A DNA stretch of 59,905 nucleotides, counting the filler, from Piptocephalis cylindrospora (taxonomy: Eukaryota): NCBI GenBank assembly GCA_003614145.1. It is 4 parts of 4 records of this genome, joined end to end, with 100 filler letters (N's around TTAATTAATTAA, not from the genome) between each part and the next. Parts side by side here need not be neighbours in the genome. Positions count along the whole stretch, not along the records: positions 1 to 14,924 come from KZ987909.1; 3 more parts are not named here. The stretch is one strand, 5' to 3'. The position numbers were made by a program, and so were the translations under genes. A model generated the notes under the pieces. The model searched no databases. It was not told where the DNA came from and saw only the letters and a list, made by a program, of their open reading frames with translations. How positions within the stretch are numbered: the stretch's first letter is position 1; each line of letters opens with the position of its first letter. Positions 1 to 12,460 of the stretch are shown in pieces.

Positions 1-207
1 AACGTCCGGACACATCCAGCGGACCCTCTCGTCCACATTTCCCATTATGCCGAGGAGATGATCCTGACCAAGTCCTTGGCGGGGTCCATGCCTCGGATTT
101 TTGAGGGTGCGGATAGGACGAAAAATGGCCAAAGTAACTGGCAACCCCATGGAACGTCCGGACACATCCAGCGGACCCTCTCGTCCACATTTCCCATTAT
201 GCCGAGG
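1..207. repeat. Direct repeat, 55 bp identical, 152-bp period, at contig start
   Basis: aacgtccggacacatccagcggaccctctcgtccacatttcccattatgccgagg occurs at 1-55 and 153-207. Confidence 0.9.
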
Positions 208-385
208 GCGACGTAGGCGAACTTCCCCCGCCATCTCTCCTGTTATCTCTGATATCTTCCCTATATCTTTTCTGCTCTCAATATGGGGAGTAATTGGTCG
301 TTTACACTGCTTTCCTCTCCTCTCTTGCTATCTATTATGTGCTTTGTGCACTTGGTTTGTGAGTGGGCAAATAGACGATGAACAT

Positions 386-463
386 ATTGATTGATAGAAC
401 CTTTATATTTTCTCTCAATGGGGTAGGCTGTTAGGCGTCTGAACACATAAACCCGCCCAAATA
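386..463. repeat. Solo arm of the fold-back element at 40391-40602
   Basis: 71/78 identity to 40391-40468. A more degenerate partial copy lies at about 250-290. Confidence 0.85.
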
Positions 464-1799
464 AGCCAGCAGAGAGATGATGGATATAGGTAAATGTGAA
501 TGTATTTGCTGTATTGGATATTCTTTTTTGTTAATCTGCTGTACTTTCTTTCTTTATTTTGTATGCGCACAAAGGGAGAGGTATAGAGTATGAGCAACAG
601 CATCAGCATTAGCAGTGTCGTTGACAAAAAGATATGGGCGGTTTCTATCAAATGAATTTACGATGGATGATTTTCAGTTTTATATGTCAATTCCAAACAT
701 TGGTACGACTTGTTGGACAATTGCGCCTTTGGAGCTGTAGGATTTCCTGGAGCCTTTTCTAATGCAATATTGTTGGAGGAGATGCGTCAGGAAAAGTGTG
801 AATAGTAATAAGGGAAGTAATTTGTTTTTGTTGTTGTTAAGCACCAGCCTATGCTTTTTATACACTCTGGTGAAGGTACTTTCGCGCGTGTGTGTGTGTA
901 TGCCTTTACATAGCGCCCTTCACCGCCTTCAGGATATGTTCGTTTGTTAGTGCTTTCTTCTTGTATTTACGGTTTATCAGGCTTGCTTTATCACGTAAGG
1001 TGATTAGTGAGCATGATGATAGAGTTGTTCATATTTAACTTTGAAGCAACAAAAAGAGAATCCAGGTCACGAAAGGTCCTTGGAATCATTTGATCGGTGC
1101 CGCAAGGGACACTGTTCTTTTGTGCCATCAGCTCATATCCGGGGATCTATAGGATGGGTGGGATGACGATTGGCCTGGGTGGATATAAGTGATCCAACAT
1201 GGCTGAATGTAGCCTGGTCAGTGTGATGTTGCTACGATGGTTTATTATGAAGGTGATATATTCCAGGAGTAAGTTGGGACGCGGAGTCTGAAGGAATTTA
1301 AAGAGTTTTTTTTTCTATTCAGGGGGTAAGTATCGAGATTAGAAATGATATGGGGATACTGTAATGATGTTTATAGTGCATGATGATTGATCAGGGTGGT
1401 GTGAGAGACATCATTGCTCAATCCCACCCCATCCGCCTAAACAGCAATGTTCATTCATTCATCTCTCCCCAACAATGACACACGCTGCATCGCACCCAAC
1501 CGCTTCCTCCATCATCCCGTTCTGGTATCCAAGGCTCCGTCCAGCATTGATTGGTCGAGACTCCACTCCGGTCATGATGGATCTTTAGGTTTAGCTTGGG
1601 AATGACTATAAAGCCATGGAGGACCCACATATACTAGGACGCCATACCTGTTCCTCCTCCCTTTCCATCCTTTTCGACAACACCTTCTCTCGCTTCCCAT
1701 CACCTTGCCTTTTCGCCTCGCCTCTTCCTCTTGCTTTCCGACCCTTCCTCCTCCCTTCTCTCTCTCTCTCACCCTCACCTTCAATCACTCTCACTTGTC

Positions 1800-2477
1800 A
1801 TGTCCGGATTCCGTAGCGGAGGCGTCATGGGGGGGCTGGATAGGGACGTTCGTAATCGTCTTGCTGCAAAGTATGATCCTGCGCGGGAGGAAGCTGCCAA
1901 GGAATGGATCTGCACTGTCCTCGCAGAAGATCCTTTTCCCGAGGACATATCCTTCATCCAAGCGCTAAAGGACGGGGTTATCTTGTGCAGAGTCTTGAAA
2001 GCAGCCAAGCCAGCCACCCGCTTTAAGGTCTCTAAGATGCCCTTCATCCAGATGGAGAACATTGAGATTTTTCTACGCGGAGCTAAAGACATGGGCTGCC
2101 CTGCCCATGACCTCTTCATGACCGTGGATTTGTACGAGGAGAAGAACCCAACGCAGGTCGTCGACGCCATCTGGTCTTTCTCCCGTCACTGCGCCCAGGC
2201 TGGCCTTGATTTCCCCATCCTTGGTCCCAAACTCGCTACCCCTCATCAAGTCTCCTTCACCAAGGAGCAGATGGATGCTGGTAAACATGTCATTAACACC
2301 TTTCAGTATGGCTATTCGGGCGGTGCCAATCAAAATGGCGTGTCCTTTGGTTCCCGTCGTGAGATTGGTGGCTCCTATCCCTCTCGTCCCTCGGCACGTG
2401 ACGTCCTTTCCCCCCCGACTGCGTCGGAGGATTCTTCAGAGTCTGAGAAATCCTATGCTGCCAGTGGTCCTATCTAA
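1800..2477 (+). CDS. SCP1: Calponin/transgelin-like actin-binding protein (CH domain plus calponin repeat)
   Basis: ATG at 1800. Motifs KYDPAREEAAKEWI, LKDGVILC, PFIQMENIEIFL, DLFMTVDLYE and QYGYSGGANQNGVSFGSRR. Single exon. Confidence 0.92.
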   Translation: MSGFRSGGVMGGLDRDVRNRLAAKYDPAREEAAKEWICTVLAEDPFPEDISFIQALKDGVILCRVLKAAKPATRFKVSKMPFIQMENIEIFLRGAKDMGCPAHDLFMTVDLYEEKNPTQVVDAIWSFSRHCAQAGLDFPILGPKLATPHQVSFTKEQMDAGKHVINTFQYGYSGGANQNGVSFGSRREIGGSYPSRPSARDVLSPPTASEDSSESEKSYAASGPI

Positions 2478-2831
2478 TGGTCCCACCCGGCGATCCATCA
2501 GAGCAAGAGCAGCAGAGAGAGGATGGGAGTATGTACCCCATGGAATGGACGTACTTTTTAGGACATTTTTTTCAGCTATTTTTTTTACCGGGTATAGCTT
2601 CGTTTTAGCTGAATGGGAGTATGCAGGCGGTAATGCCTTCAAGAGGAGATGGGAGGACCACAAACATAAGGTACAAACACGCTCCGGATATATTATTCCC
2701 CATCCGCACACCCACATGATGATAATGATAATAATAATGAGAACAAGATAGTCTGTATAAGTGCATTCCTCCCTTCTCTCGGATAATAAGCTGAGCGAAG
2801 GCATGATCATCATTCTGCTTCTTCTCTCTCC

Positions 2832-4769
2832 CTAAGGCTGATTCTCCTCAAACCAAGGGGGCACTACTATGGTCACTAGGCTAGGAAGGATCTCCACGGC
2901 CCAGGCCTCCCCTTGACAACTCCTCCCCACCTCCTCTCCATCCACGTTAATAATACCCCCATGTTTGGAGGGCCCAGGTCCGCCCTCAAGTCTCTGACCC
3001 TCCAGGATAAACGCTTGAACCCGATGGTGATGAACACGTGCATCTTGCGTGTGACTACCGTCGGCCATGCGGAGGAGGATGGGTACGAGCTTCCATAAGC
3101 CAATACTCTCAATCCACGACAGATGCAGAGTCCCATCCGACAGCTGTGCACTAGGGGCAATCATAGCATCGGCTGAGATTCTGGGGAGGTTCCCATTTCC
3201 CAGGAACGTGAACTTGGACCGCACTGTCTTCCAGCCTTTGGGTAGCCCGTCAAATCCATCCTCGAGCGCCTTCCGCTTCTTGAGTTCCCTGGCCAGGATC
3301 GGCGATGTGAACTGGCCTCGCGGTCCCGGCAGATCAGGTTTAATCCCTGCCACCTCCACCTCCTCCTCACGGAGCCCCCCATTTCCCTTTCTGGGTTCGA
3401 TGGGGCCGTTCGATGCTTCCTGGCTGGATGCACTTCCCACACCCGATGCCCCCTGAGAACCAGAAGGCTCCATCAGGAGAGGCACTCCATTCGACCCAGG
3501 CGCACTCCCCGCGGGCCCACCGTCCCCAGATTCTGACTCGCTCACCTCATCGGTCAGGTAATGCAGCGTCCCGGGATAATGTCGAATGTTCAGCAGCCGT
3601 GCAGCAAGCCCCACATTCAACCTGGCTGGCCCGGCCCATCGGTAGATCTCGCTCTCAATGTCCACATCGGCCACCAGACCCCAGCTGAACATGAGGTGCG
3701 AGACGTACCGGGATCCAGAGGGATAATGGGTAACAAGGTGCATGTCCATTGGATGCTTCCTTCCCCGAATGATACTCAGGGCACAAAGGATCGGCGAAGG
3801 CAAGTCCAAGTTCATGGGCAAAGCATTGACCGTGCCTCCGGCGATTGCTCCCACAGTCAGCTTCTTCACTGCACTTTCCCAATCGGGCCGGGAGCATAAT
3901 CCGTTCATGACCTCGTGGATTAGACCGTCTCCACTAATGGTGACGACGGCATCATACGCATCCACATCCATATCCCGCGTCAATTCCCGAGCATGTCCGC
4001 TTCTCTCCGTCTTGGTTAGCGTGGTTTGTATTCCTGCTAGCTCAAACATTGGCTTAACAGGCGATTCCCAGATTTTGGGTGCCTTTTTCGTCCCTCCAAA
4101 TGGGTTTAGAATAAGATATATCCTTGATAGCGGCAGTTTACCTACAGGAGGGAATCGTGAGAAAACCGATCATATCACCCAAGATACATCAGTCCCACCA
4201 CACCACACCACACCACACCGCTTACCTGCTGTATCAGGGTAAATGCAGCGACGAATAACGCGGATCCACTTGGCGGCATCGGTGGGGGAAGAGGGAGTGC
4301 GAAAGGTGAGTGATTTAACATGGCCCTGATCTTTGGACCTTTCCACCCAAAACACCGCAAACCGATCCGTCTCTTCCTCGGTCACCGATCCCTCCTGGAC
4401 CGGAAAAGTGAGGGGAAGGGAGGCCTCGGGATGGACATGACGAACAGCAAAAATATAAGTCAACGGTGCCACTACCATATGAACCGGCCTGACAGAGGCC
4501 CGAAGACGAGAGGAAAGTGAAGTGGAGGTGGAGGTAGCGGAGGGAGTGGGGGAAATAGGGGTGAAGATGGAGGAGGAGGTGGAGTTCCGAAAGGACTTTC
4601 GTCTCGCCTTCCTCCCTTCTTCTGGCACCCAGACTAGAGCATGATGCTCGGCATTCAAGGTCAAGGTCCCTCGGGGTCCGGGTTGACCCTTCTCTGCATG
4701 CTTCAGCAGGGTGACCGTAGGTAGGACTGCCAGGGCAGAGGCCTGGTTTACTTGTTCCTCAGAGGACAT
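2832..4769 (-). CDS. Sphingoid long-chain-base (sphingosine) kinase, DAGK catalytic family, LCB4/LCB5-like
   Basis: Exons 4769-4226 and 4141-2832 (84-nt intron). Spliced product has ILNPFGG, SGDGLIHEVMNGL, GGTVNAL, WGLVADVDIESE and INVDGE. Confidence 0.92.
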
Positions 4770-4940
4770 GTACGGTAAGGGGTAGGAAAGTAAGTTTTAA
4801 ACTAGGATGGCTGGCTAAGAATGAGGCGAGGGAAAAGCAAAGAGGCAAGGCTATCCAGGAAAAGGATGAAGGAAAGATGGGCTGGGATAGGTGATGATTG
4901 AGAGAGTTCCCCCCCTTCCCCCATCTGCACTCCCCTTTTC

Positions 4941-4948
4941 TTTATATA
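4941..4948 (-). promoter_or_regulatory. TATA box candidate upstream of sphingosine kinase
   Basis: TATATAAA on the minus strand about 175 nt upstream of the ATG at 4769. Confidence 0.45.
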
Positions 4949-5768
4949 GGAACCCCAGGATTCATTTTGCACCTGGGGGGAAAGGGCGTGTGCAACAACA
5001 GTAATCGCCTGCTGTCTGGGTAGGGAAGGAGTGGAGCGGCATGCAGGGAGGTTTAATGTGCACATGAGCCGTAGGGAAGACAAGAATGGTGGAGGGGCCT
5101 TCAGCCTGTGGGAATGACTAGAGTGAAACGGACCAGGGGCAATTCTGGGTACTAGGGAAAATCCCAGGTCTTCATCTAGTCAACCGTATTCACATCAATT
5201 TGGATAGGAGAGCACACCAAGTCCTCGCCTCGCTCCCAGCTGATCCCAAATAATAACACGGGAGTGGGAAAGCCCTTGAAATACAATGTTGTTAGGAAAG
5301 GATCAAGTGCTTCATGGGCAATGGATGAGGGCAGAAATACATGCCCTTTTTAGAAGCTGGAGAAACCAAAATCTAGATGAGCACAAGGTGGACGGGGCAT
5401 ACAATCCATGAGAGTGAAGACCCTTTCAATGAGACTCAGGCTCGATGCTAACAACACACGTGAGTTTAGAATCGAGAAATGGCGCAGTATGAATATGCAA
5501 TTGGATGGTTATAGACGAGGCCGCAACAAGCGATGTGGAATGATGACGAATATTTTTCCAGACTCCAGCAAGACGCGGAAATGCAGGGAATCCTTCCTGG
5601 CTTGAAGGAGTCCATACACATGGAAGTAAGTTGAATCTCTTGGTGATACGCCAACGATCTTCCCTAGCTCCAAAAACCAGAAACATGGCAGACCCTCGCT
5701 TCCCAAGACACGTTCTATTCATTTCACCTCCCCAGCTCTTTCCCTCTACCTCGTGACCAAAGGAAGGA

Positions 5769-6521
5769 TTACTCGGGCATGCTAGCAATGGGCCGGATCG
5801 AAGATTCCCTGTACGGTCTCTGTGCCTCTTCCATCTTTTCATTGACAAATTTAGCCCCTCCGGCCTCCTCTTGCAGCTTCGTTCCCACTCCAAGCTCTTC
5901 TTGCCGGAATCGCTGCACCCGGATCCCCACTCCGCCAGGTGCCGTCCGGCCCAGATACCAGACATATCGATCCACTACCACATCATTGGTATCGTACACC
6001 ATAATCAGACGCTTGTGATGTCTACGCTCAAAGGATTCCTGTGCCTTTTTATGAATAAAGGAGGATTTCGGCACGGTCCACCGCTCTAGACGCGTGGGCA
6101 GCGGGATAGGGAAGGATACGGGAATGCCCAGCGCGTGAGCCGCCCGGATGGCGAAGCGGCCAAAAAAGTCCAACTCGTCCGTTGTAAAGGACCGAAGCTG
6201 GATGGACGCTACGGTATGTCCGTGGGTCTTGGGCAGCTGGGGTGGGGAGTCTGCCCAGGAATTGGTCTCGATCATGGAGGAGTCGGTGGAGTCGGTGCTG
6301 GGGGCAGCCTTTGCGGAAGAGGAAGAGGGTGTAGAGGAAGCAGGGGCTGAAAGGTATCGACCGGCTCCAAGAGCCCGTGACCCAAGGGCCGTGGGCCGAG
6401 TGAACGCCTAAAGGGAGGAAAGCACACAGAGAAGCAGGATGAGAAGGGCGCAGGTCATCCCATAGCTCCTGATACGACAAACGCTTACCAATAGGGAGGT
6501 GCGTAGACGACTAGTCCACAT
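5769..6521 (-). CDS. RSM10: Mitochondrial ribosomal protein uS10m
   Basis: Exons 6521-6489 (MWTSRLRTSLL, presequence-like) and 6407-5769, in phase. S10 motifs LDFFGRFAIRAAHALGIP and PLPTRLERWTVPKSSFIHKKAQESFERRHHKRLI. Confidence 0.9.
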
Positions 6522-6927
6522 GATGAGTAGAAGCAAATGAGGGGAAGAAGAGAAGAGAAAAAGGATGGATAAGCAAGATAAAGATAATAGGGCAAATATC
6601 TCACCTTGAGCTTTGTACTATGAGGAACGGACCCAAGGAACGCGTGCCCAGTGTTCCGAGCAGCGCCCCAGCTACACCATCATCAGTCTAGTGGAAAAAG
6701 CAAAGAGTCCCTGTCAATATTGCGTTTTTCGAGTAATTTGATAGTTAATTTGATGTATACATGAGTGTGTGCGTGTCGATGTGGTAATTGATGATCATTT
6801 CGTTGTTTACTACTACTGTGGTAATTGACCGGGATAAATCCTTCCTTGATGCAGTCTTTCTGAACGTAGACCCGTACAATAAAAGCTGAGCTTTCTCTCT
6901 CTCCTTGGTGCAGTCTTTTGGGTGCAT

Positions 6928-6959
6928 TTTCCCCATGAGACAATAAATTTTTCAACAAC
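6928..6959. repeat. 32-bp dispersed repeat (second copy at 15058-15089)
   Basis: tttccccatgagacaataaatttttcaacaac vs tttccccataagacaataaattactcaacaac, 29/32 identical. Confidence 0.7.
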
Positions 6960-7307
6960 AAATCCTTCCTTGGTTGCATTGCATGTTCAACGGATACGTG
7001 CAGACTAGGATCAGGCGCAAATGGACGTTCATGCCAATAGCTAAGAAGGGGAATGTATAGGTAAACGCGCGAACCGACACGTATATCTGATGATACGGAT
7101 CATAGCAATGTAGGATGTTCATTAAGTATCGCGAGCCCAGCATCCTCACTTGCTAGGCCCTAGGTAGGAGCTAGATCTGGATAGAAGAAAGGCCAAACGA
7201 TCGGTGCCTCAACTTCAAGAAAGGGGTAGCCATTGACGAGGAAACGGGCGATCTTCCGAACATTGACAGAGGCTAGGAAGAGAGAGGATGAACGTAGATA
7301 CAGTGAC

Positions 7308-9541
7308 CTAAGAAGTAGTAGAGCTGGTCTTGAAGGAAACCCGTGTGGATGGGGCTCCAATGACAGGTACTGTCAGGGTAAGGGAACCGGGAGGAGCCTT
7401 AGATGTTGCTTCCTGGAAAGATGGAGGGATGAAGGGTGCGGCTTTAGGAGCAATGGTTTGAGAAGGATGAGTATCTGATAGCCCAAAAATGAACGTAGGC
7501 CTCTTGAAAGCAGTCATTGGAGCTGCCTGGGAAGTAGAGGATGCGGATTGGCCAAGAAAGTCAGTAGTAACTTTCGGCATATTCTTTTGAAGGGATTCAA
7601 AAACCTCCGCAAATGATGCTGCTGGGCCAGGAAGATGAGCTGCAGCCTGTGATGGGGCTGTTGGATAAATAGCCATCTGATCAGAGGAGGAAGGAAGGAA
7701 AGCTGTGGCTGAAACCTCTTGAGAGGAGGAATTCGGGACAGGTCGGCCAAGAGTAGAAACCTTTGATGAAACGATGGATGAAGAAGAGGCGGACTGGAAG
7801 GCATCTTCCTCCACACCACGTCCCTCCTCTTCCTCCTTTAGCTCAATGATAGAGTAAAATATCCCGTCATCCTCCGATTTAACAATAGAGGAATGGTCCT
7901 TTCCTTCCTTCTCTGATTCAGGAGAGAAACCATACTCTTCATCCGCCCCCACGCTACTCTCTCCTTCCTCTGATGTAGAGGGGGAGGGCAGATCTCCATC
8001 CTCCCCCCATCCCTCCGACTCAGAAGAGGAGAGAGTTTCCTCATCTACCTCCGCGTCTTGTCCCTCCCCCACGCTTTGCTCTTCCTCCATACCTTGCTGT
8101 TCATTCTCGGATTCAACGTAGGATAAACATTCCTCACTCTCACTGCCTGGTCCAACGGAGGGAAGATAATCCCTATCCTCCTCTTCATCGCTCTCATCCT
8201 CAGACGAACTCATTACAGCCTCTTCCCCATCAATGCCGACCACTTTCTCTACTTTAATGGGCTCTTGAGTTTCATGAGCAGAACCGTCATTTGAATGCCC
8301 ATCTACATCTCCCTGGCCATCCCATCCTCCTTGACCGTCCTTATTTCTTTTGTTGAGTTCCCCCATGGAAACGTTTTGTTTTTCCAAAAGGGCTCGCAGC
8401 ATCACTTCTAGTCGATCCAACTTGAATATCGAGGAAGCGTCTCCATGGATGAATTCACGAGCCTCCAGGGGGTTGATCTGAATAGAGCCATGACTTGAAC
8501 TCGCTCCACCATTCCCCGTTGATCTCCCTGCGAGATTCATGACCTTTCGACATATTGGGCAATTAAACATGTCCTCCCCACACTTCACACCTCTTTGATC
8601 CAGAAACTCCCTCGTGGTGGCTCTTTGACGAGTGCATGCATAATGAAAGGCATGCTTGCAAACAGTAACCACAACGCTGGATCCTTCCAGGGGCTCGGAA
8701 CAAAGGATACATCGGCTGGACCCTTGTGGTCGATCCGACATCAAGCTCATCCATTCAAGTGGCGCCCCTGAGACCTCAGTTGACGTCGTCGTCTCCTCAT
8801 TGCTACAGGTAGATGGATTTGTCGTAGCGAACGAAAATTCACTAGAATAGTAGGGAAGACAGTTTAGAAACGCAGAAGTGACATGTTCCCTGTAGATCCC
8901 CCTCACTGTACGGACTTACGGGTCTCGCTTCGTGGTCATATTGAGTTCGCTGAGACCTACATGAATACGCACTCGATGTAGCACACCGTCTTCATTAACC
9001 CCTCTGGTCCCTAGCTGGATGCAATCACCATCCTTCAAGAGGGTTGCTGAGCTCCGAATGGGGGTTACGGGAACATGATTAACAAAAGTCCCCGTGGGAG
9101 TGAACATATCACTGATATAAAGCTATCAGTGGTGGATGAGGGTGGTGTGGAGTCAATGAACTGATCATGTCCTCACTCCCCAACTCAACCATCTAACAAG
9201 GGTAGCCCTTATGGTCTCTATTCAACAGCTACAACTATATAACCACTCTTCAACAAAAATGCACCTACATTCCCATCTACGGCCTGTAATACGGCATGAT
9301 TTGGCATGACTAGTTCAGATGGCAAGGTGATGGACCTTTTGGCTTCGTCACCCCAGGCACCTAGTAGTTCGGTCCATGGGGCCCGACCAAGGATAACGGG
9401 TCTGCGAGAACTGATTCGTTTTTCGATTGGGGTAAACTGGAAAATCGGGGCTTCCTGAAAGCCTCGGGATGGAGGAGAGGCGGAGGACGTGAAAGGCGTC
9501 AAACGGACTTGGACGCCACCGCGACGTGTTTTGCCAGTCAT
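7308..9541 (-). CDS. FHA + RING-H2 E3 ubiquitin ligase (Dma1/CHFR-like architecture) with long acidic tail, ~669 aa
   Basis: Exons 9541-9269, 9122-8920 and 8841-7308, phases consistent. FHA: VILGR...NHAVL...LYISD...GTFVN...LKDGDCIQLG. RING: CILC...CKHAFHYAC...CPICR. Confidence 0.8.
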
Positions 9542-12123
9542 TGAAGGGTATGTCCCAGAGAGGAAAGATTGATGAGTGGAAAAAGACAATGAAAGAATTC
9601 TGGGAAAATCAAGGACCAAGGAAGAAAGGAATTATCAACACAAGGAGAGGATACATGGAGAAGGTAAGAACAAAACGATGGCGCTGTGCTGACTGAGAAC
9701 ATATGCTGTCACATAGGCCCATTTAGGAAGTCAGCCGATTCTCACACCTGTGATTGACTTTACCGAGCGCTCTTCTAGAGCCGTTCAACCTCCTACTTGG
9801 ACCTTGGTGTGAGGGTTAGTTCGACTAATGTCCCTGAGCGAGCCGCTCGAGTCAATGAGATGGTGGAGCATATGGTATCAGTAAAATCCATCTTGACTAT
9901 TGAAAGGAGAGTAGGATCTTGATTATTCACATTTACACCTAGGTAGGGTTTATAGGGGATAGTTTATCCTTGGGTTGGGGTACGATAAATGTTTTCCTTT
10001 TGGATAAATATAGACATCGCTCTTGGCACGATGCTAGAGATGACAATGAGTATGTATCGACTACATCTTCTCACGCTGATTTGATCCTTTCTTCCAGACC
10101 TCGCGAGTTTCCAGTTAACAATAGAGCACATTTATCAAAAATTAGACGGCTAGTTCAAGAGTATCTTTTTATAAGCATTATCCTTCTTATCAAGCTAGTA
10201 TTGAAATATACACCCAATATCATCGCTGAGAGGTTTGATATATAGACATATATATAATAATGAGAGGTTAGTCGTCCATAGTGAAAGCTGGTTGCCCATC
10301 CCTTCCGTTATTAATGAGACGAGGGCGCCATCACACCACTTTAACTTGTGTGCGAGGAGCAGTATAAAATATGGAGCTACATCACAGAGGCCCATTCCTA
10401 CGCCCAGTACCCCTCCTTCTTGCTTCCCTCACCCCATCCACTCTTATCCACAAAGGTAGGACACCATAATCACCCCCCTCTCCCTGTTTTTTTTTTGGCG
10501 ATGACCTCATTGGGGCAGTTGAACTTGTCCTTGGTACCATCATTGCCCTTCCTTTACAGGAAGGGCATGGGACTTGGTCAGCTGGACCGCAGTGAGCGGG
10601 ATAGGTAAGCTGGAAGTGATGGGTGTAGGCGAGAGGAGGTCGGGCTGAATGATTGAGAGGGGGTGGAAATACGGGAGGAACGTGATCGAACAATCTTCTG
10701 GGAGGGCATCCTTCCTTTATGACTTGGTTGACGCTTTCCTCTCTCTCTACCACTCCCTCCTCCCTCATACACCCTGTCTGAACCCATCCTACTCCCATCT
10801 TCTTCCTCTTTGTCTTCTTTCCGATCCTTCTGCTGTTGTCGCAACATCAATCCACCCTAGTGTATCCTCTATCACCAGCTCCCTCTCCTTGAGGGAGCTG
10901 AAGAGAAAAGGCGCACTTGACGGCGCTCATATCCACTCCATTGCATCTCCATTCCCCTCGGGGCTTCTCCCCAGAAGCGCGAGGCGGCTGATGATCATGA
11001 CCTAGCAATGGATTAATCATGAGCACATTCTTATTATCCTCCCATAAAGCATGATCAACTGATCCTTCTATCCCGTCCGATTCGGTGGGCGTGTAGGACA
11101 TCAACCTGGTACCATTTTCATCCTTTGTATTTAAATATAGACCCACATATTTATGACCTATGAAGCTCCACTGGATGATGACATTGTATACAAAATGAAT
11201 CCCACATGATACCCTATCCTCCCCATGGCATATTCAATAAACCGTCCCCCTCGAGACGCTATATGAGCGGGATGAAAAGAAGAGGATCTCTGTTCTATAC
11301 ATTGGGATAGATTCCCCACGAAGACTCTCGCTATCCAACCGCCATTCAAATCAACATGATCTGCCCATGATAGGATTATACATGCCCCCAGGAGGAATAA
11401 GGAGTAGCCCTTCTATCACGCTTATATAATCTCCATGCCGAGTCGTCCTCCTAGCACCATGCTGGTCATAGAATTGGATCTCGCATGCGAAAGTAACATC
11501 CTATGATTTCCTGTACCACTAAGGAAGAAGAGGCACCGGATCCGCCATACCATCGCATTCAATACTCTCCCTAATGTCCTGGCTATGACAGCTGTAGGTA
11601 AGCAAGTCGAAACCCAAAGCGCAATGGCAACAATGTCTGGTGTTCAGTCGTCCCCACCTCTAAATGTGCCCATCCTTCCAAATGAAGCTACGCCCAATGA
11701 TCACACTTCCACCGTCTTCTATAAATACTCCGAGCCATACATCTTTCGCCAGACACACACTAGTCCTAATTTGCTGGATATGAGTAAATATGTGTGTACA
11801 TATGTGTGCTTATGTGTCGCAAGGCTCTCAGCTTTTCCCAGCACACAATCTCATCTACAAAAACACCAGCATTTATTTTTTACTCCTAAGTAATCTTTTT
11901 TTTATTTTCTTTCCCTCACCACTCTTCTTTCTTCCCTTCCTCTCTCCTCTTCACTCTCACCCACCCTTTCGTTTGGACACAGCTCCCCCACCCCCCTCAC
12001 CCTCCCAGCCCTTGATCTGTTTCCTTCCACCCACCACCAGCAGAACCCATCCCCCCACCTCACCCCCACTTCTCTTCCCCACCACTTCTCTCCCCCACCC
12101 AACCCAACTCCATTGCCCAGTTC

Positions 12124-12216
12124 ATGTTGACAGGCCCCGCTCACATCGACTCAACTCGCCCTCGGTTTCGTCGTCCTAGTAAAAAGAGAAAGATCCTTCC
12201 TCGGTATCCCATCTAA
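12124..12216 (+). promoter_or_regulatory. Upstream ORF (30 aa) with poor-context AUG in the eIF5 5' leader
   Basis: ttcATGt start; encodes MLTGPAHIDSTRPRFRRPSKKRKILPRYPI*. Only ATG in about 640 nt before the eIF5 ATG and out of frame with it. Confidence 0.65.
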
Positions 12217-12460
12217 GCTTCATCCTTTCACCTCGCCCTCTTGATCCCAGAAGTTCCAACTTAATCCTGTGGCCCTTCTCAGCGCGTTAACCCACCATCA
12301 TCCTTCGCCTAAGCACCCGGCTCGAACCCTTTGTTTCTCAACCCGTTGCCCCCTCCACCCCTCATCCACCACCTCTTCATCTCTTCCCACCCACCACCGC
12401 CGCCCCCATCATCTCCACCTTCCACCGCCCACTTCTCCGCTTACCCATTTTTCATCCACT

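Noticed and set aside
4196..4219. (TGTGG)n tracts here and at ~55216-55236 as telomeric repeats
   Set aside because: They are only 4-5 units long and internal (intron or leader), so ordinary microsatellites.
6836..6978. Repeat-spacer pattern resembling a CRISPR array
   Set aside because: Only three degenerate repeats, spacers resemble each other, the context is eukaryotic and no cas genes are present.
10235..11350. Cluster of 60-140 aa ORFs on both strands between the FHA-RING gene and eIF5
   Set aside because: No coherent splice model or recognisable motif. A small orphan gene cannot be excluded.
12269..12460. In-frame 64-codon GTG-initiated N-terminal extension of eIF5
   Set aside because: The C-rich leader lacks stops by composition, and conserved eIF5 sequence starts at ATG 12461 in good context.
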